Source of the DNA: Nitrospinota bacterium
Lineage (GTDB): Bacteria; UBA8248
DNA length: 18,835 nt
NCBI GenBank assembly: GCA_046581755.1
Contig: JAYGFR010000084.1
Span: 1-18,835 of the forward strand
Direction: 5' to 3'
The position numbers and the translations under genes were made by a program. Below the pieces are notes generated by a model, which was given only the letters and a program-made list of their open reading frames with translations, did no database searches and had not been told where the DNA came from. The stretch's first letter is position 1. Each line of letters starts with the position of its first letter. Shown one piece after another: positions 16,952-18,835 of this stretch.

Positions 16952-17527
16952 TCAGTCCGGGGGGCGGTCCGGATTTGTGCCCCGGGCGGCGCGCCACAGG
17001 GCCCAGGCCAGGAGGGCGGCCTTGAGCAGGTCGGAGACGATGTAGATGCCGTGGTAGAGGCCGAAGAGGCGCCGGGCGGCGGCAGCCTGGCCGGGGACGG
17101 CCTGGCCGGGGGCGGCGAAATCGAGGGCGCGCCCGGTGCGCTCGATGCCGGGACCGAGCCAGAAGGCGTGGGCCAAAACGACAGCCAGGAGGACGCCGGC
17201 CAGGGCGAGCTCAACGGGGCTCCGCTCGCGCCGGGCCCAGATGAATATGAGGAGAATCAGGACGCCGAGGGCGAGCTGGGCCATGTTCCAGCCCCGGAAC
17301 ATTTTCCGGTTCACCTCGCCGGCGGCGTGGCGGAGGGCTCTTTCGCGCTTCTTATTCGGAATGGCCTCAAAGCGTTTCGATAGTTCGGGGTTTTTTTGGA
17401 CCGACAGGACATCGAACGTCACCCCGGCCGAGAACCAGGTGAACAGGGTGACGCCCAGCCATGCCGCGAGGAGGACGATGACGGGCGCTTGGAGGCGGTG
17501 AGCGCCCGGGCCTGATGTTGGGTTCAT
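16952..17527 (-). CDS. DUF4149/TMEM205-like four-TM membrane protein
   Basis: Four hydrophobic segments; AAWLG...F, AGEVNRKMF, WLGP and FGLYHG motifs. Start probably ATG 17527 or 17557; the longer extension to 17698 looks non-coding. Confidence 0.7.
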   Translation of the reverse strand: MNPTSGPGAHRLQAPVIVLLAAWLGVTLFTWFSAGVTFDVLSVQKNPELSKRFEAIPNKKRERALRHAAGEVNRKMFRGWNMAQLALGVLILLIFIWARRERSPVELALAGVLLAVVLAHAFWLGPGIERTGRALDFAAPGQAVPGQAAAARRLFGLYHGIYIVSDLLKAALLAWALWRAARGTNPDRPPD

Positions 17528-17773
17528 GCCAAAATTCCCGGGTGGGCGGTTGTTCATATAAACAGGCTGGCCCGGCGGCCCTCCCGCGCATGGGGGCATC
17601 TTCGGGCCTATGGCGGGTTGTGGCAAACGGAGGGGGCCGTGGGCGCTCACCCGCGAATCCTTCCGGGTGAGCCGTCCCCTCCCCCCAAATCCAGCCACCA
17701 GCGATATTTCACGAAATAATATCAGCTGATCCTGTCTGAAGAAGAGAGCGCCACCGCATAAATCTAGTATCTA

Positions 17774-17801
17774 GTGAAATCAAAGAAATATGTCGTATAA
17801 T
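17774..17801 (+). promoter_or_regulatory. Putative sigma70 promoter of the TPR lipoprotein gene
   Basis: GTGAAA-N16-TATAAT (perfect -10 at 17796-17801) in an AT-rich divergent intergenic region. Confidence 0.45.
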
Positions 17802-17944
17802 GTTTTCCCCATTATCTCAGGCAAATAACCGTTTTCTCCGCGCCGTGTATGAGGCGGGGGGGAGCTTGCCGGACTGACGCAACTGGGGGCTCGATGATGC
17901 GCATTCAATGCCCCATGTTCATCGAAGGAAAAACTCCATCGTTT

Positions 17945-18692
17945 ATGAAATCTTTTCTCATTCTTGCCTTGGCATCAGCCCTCCTCGCCGGATGCCCCAA
18001 GGAAGGCGCGGACGCTCCCATCAGCCCATCTCCCGTCATGTCAGTCGAGCAGGCGAAAAAAGTCACGGCCAAATTCAGCCAGCACTTCACTCCCCCGCCC
18101 CGAACCATCAAGGACATCACGGCGATCCTGGGCCGCGAGAAACGCGAGAACCCAGCCTCGGTCGCCAAGGCGCACATTCTGGCGGATAAGACTCCCCCTA
18201 AGACAAAAGATACCATTGTCCTGGCGAAGTTTTATCTGAGACGTGCCCGCGCCGCCCAAGAAATCGGCCGGACTCGGCAGGCAATCAAGGATTTCCGCTA
18301 GGCCGCCCATTACGCGGAGCGGGGCGATGTTTCGGCCAGGCAATATAGTCACATGCTTAATGGCCTCGGCAAAACGGAGGTCAAAGGCGGCAACTACAAT
18401 AGTAGAATCGCGGTCTTGCGCAAGGCTATCAACCTCCTGGAAGGAAGTGATCTTCACCCCGTAATTATCGGAATTTGGTCTGTCGTCCAAAACGCCCGCT
18501 TGGCGGGGTTTTCGGCGGAAGCGGGAGATATCGAGGTAGCCGAGAAGTTTTTGCGCCAAGCGGAAGACCGTCTTGCCGAATTTCTCTTGATGAAACTGAA
18601 ATTTGAATATTATCGGGAATTGTTACCTGCTTATGTGGCATCAGCCCGGGCCCGCGTGAACGACTTTAGGGGGAAGCTCAGGGAAGCGGAAA
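17945..18692 (+). pseudogene. TPR-containing lipoprotein (probably N-terminus of a TPR-CHAT protein) with in-frame TAG, truncated by IS insertion
   Basis: Lipobox MKSFLILALASALLAG-C; FTPPPRTIKDITAIL; TPR-like helices. ORFs 17849-18301 and 18353-18724 share a frame, separated only by TAG at 18299-18301. Coding sense ends at the IS junction. The CHAT domain itself is not in the window. Confidence 0.7.
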
Positions 18693-18835
18693 TGACGTGC
18701 CCCCCTCAAACTGGTCCATGCTGAATGAGAGGATTTCCGGTACTCTTTCGTCATGACCACCCGATCCGGGGGGATTTTTCATGTTGAGGAAGCGTCATAC
18801 GCCTGAGCAGATTATCGGCAAGCTGAGGTCTTGCT
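18693..18835 (+). mobile_element. IS3-family insertion sequence, left end (partial)
   Basis: Begins 5'-TGACGTGCCCCCCTCAAACTGGTCCA, an IS3-type TG-initiated terminal repeat, followed 88 nt later by an OrfA-like start. Confidence 0.8.
18781..18835 (+). CDS. IS3-family transposase OrfA, N-terminal fragment
   Basis: MLRKRHTPEQIIGKLR resembles the typical IS3 OrfA HTH N-terminus; runs off the window. Confidence 0.75.
   Translation, partial: MLRKRHTPEQIIGKLRSC

Noticed and set aside
16823..17383. 186-aa + strand ORF
   Set aside because: Antisense to the DUF4149-like gene, with an N-terminus running through AT-rich intergenic DNA.
16597..17968. 12-bp inverted match CTCATTCTTGCC (16597-16608 and 17957-17968) as possible inversion sites
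   Set aside because: Both copies encode LILA; 12-mer matches are expected by chance in 19 kb; no recombinase in the window.
18670..18692. GKLREAE just before the IS resembles IS3 OrfA sequence
   Set aside because: Also a normal TPR helix pattern, in frame with the host gene and outside the terminal repeat; treated as coincidence.
1..18835. CRISPR arrays, tRNA/rRNA genes, long tandem repeats
   Set aside because: None seen on manual reading of the intergenic regions; a tRNAscan/Rfam/CRISPR scan would be needed to exclude them formally.

Overview
GC-rich bacterial chromosomal window, almost entirely coding on the minus strand. Its core (2617-16189) is a tightly coupled eight-gene minus-strand operon: secreted MBL-fold protein, Tat-exported DUF4159 protein, membrane VWA/GATase-like protein, DUF4175-like membrane coiled-coil protein, TPR + HEXXH metallopeptidase, MoxR AAA+ ATPase, DUF58 VWA protein and BatA-type VWA membrane protein. 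Downstream are a NYN/LOTUS ribonuclease-like gene and a Tm-1-like pair: a TIM-barrel protein and a UPF0261 gene truncated by the left edge and missing from the ORF track. The apparently intergenic 16.2-16.95 kb region hides a frameshifted ~64-aa gene ending in GIDITA*, with a near-consensus sigma28 promoter and a strong RBS, plus a candidate ~110-nt structured element. The right end has a DUF4149-like membrane protein (-) and a TPR lipoprotein gene (+) with an in-frame amber codon, cut by the left end of an IS3-family element. All family calls come from motif recognition by eye; no database searches were run.
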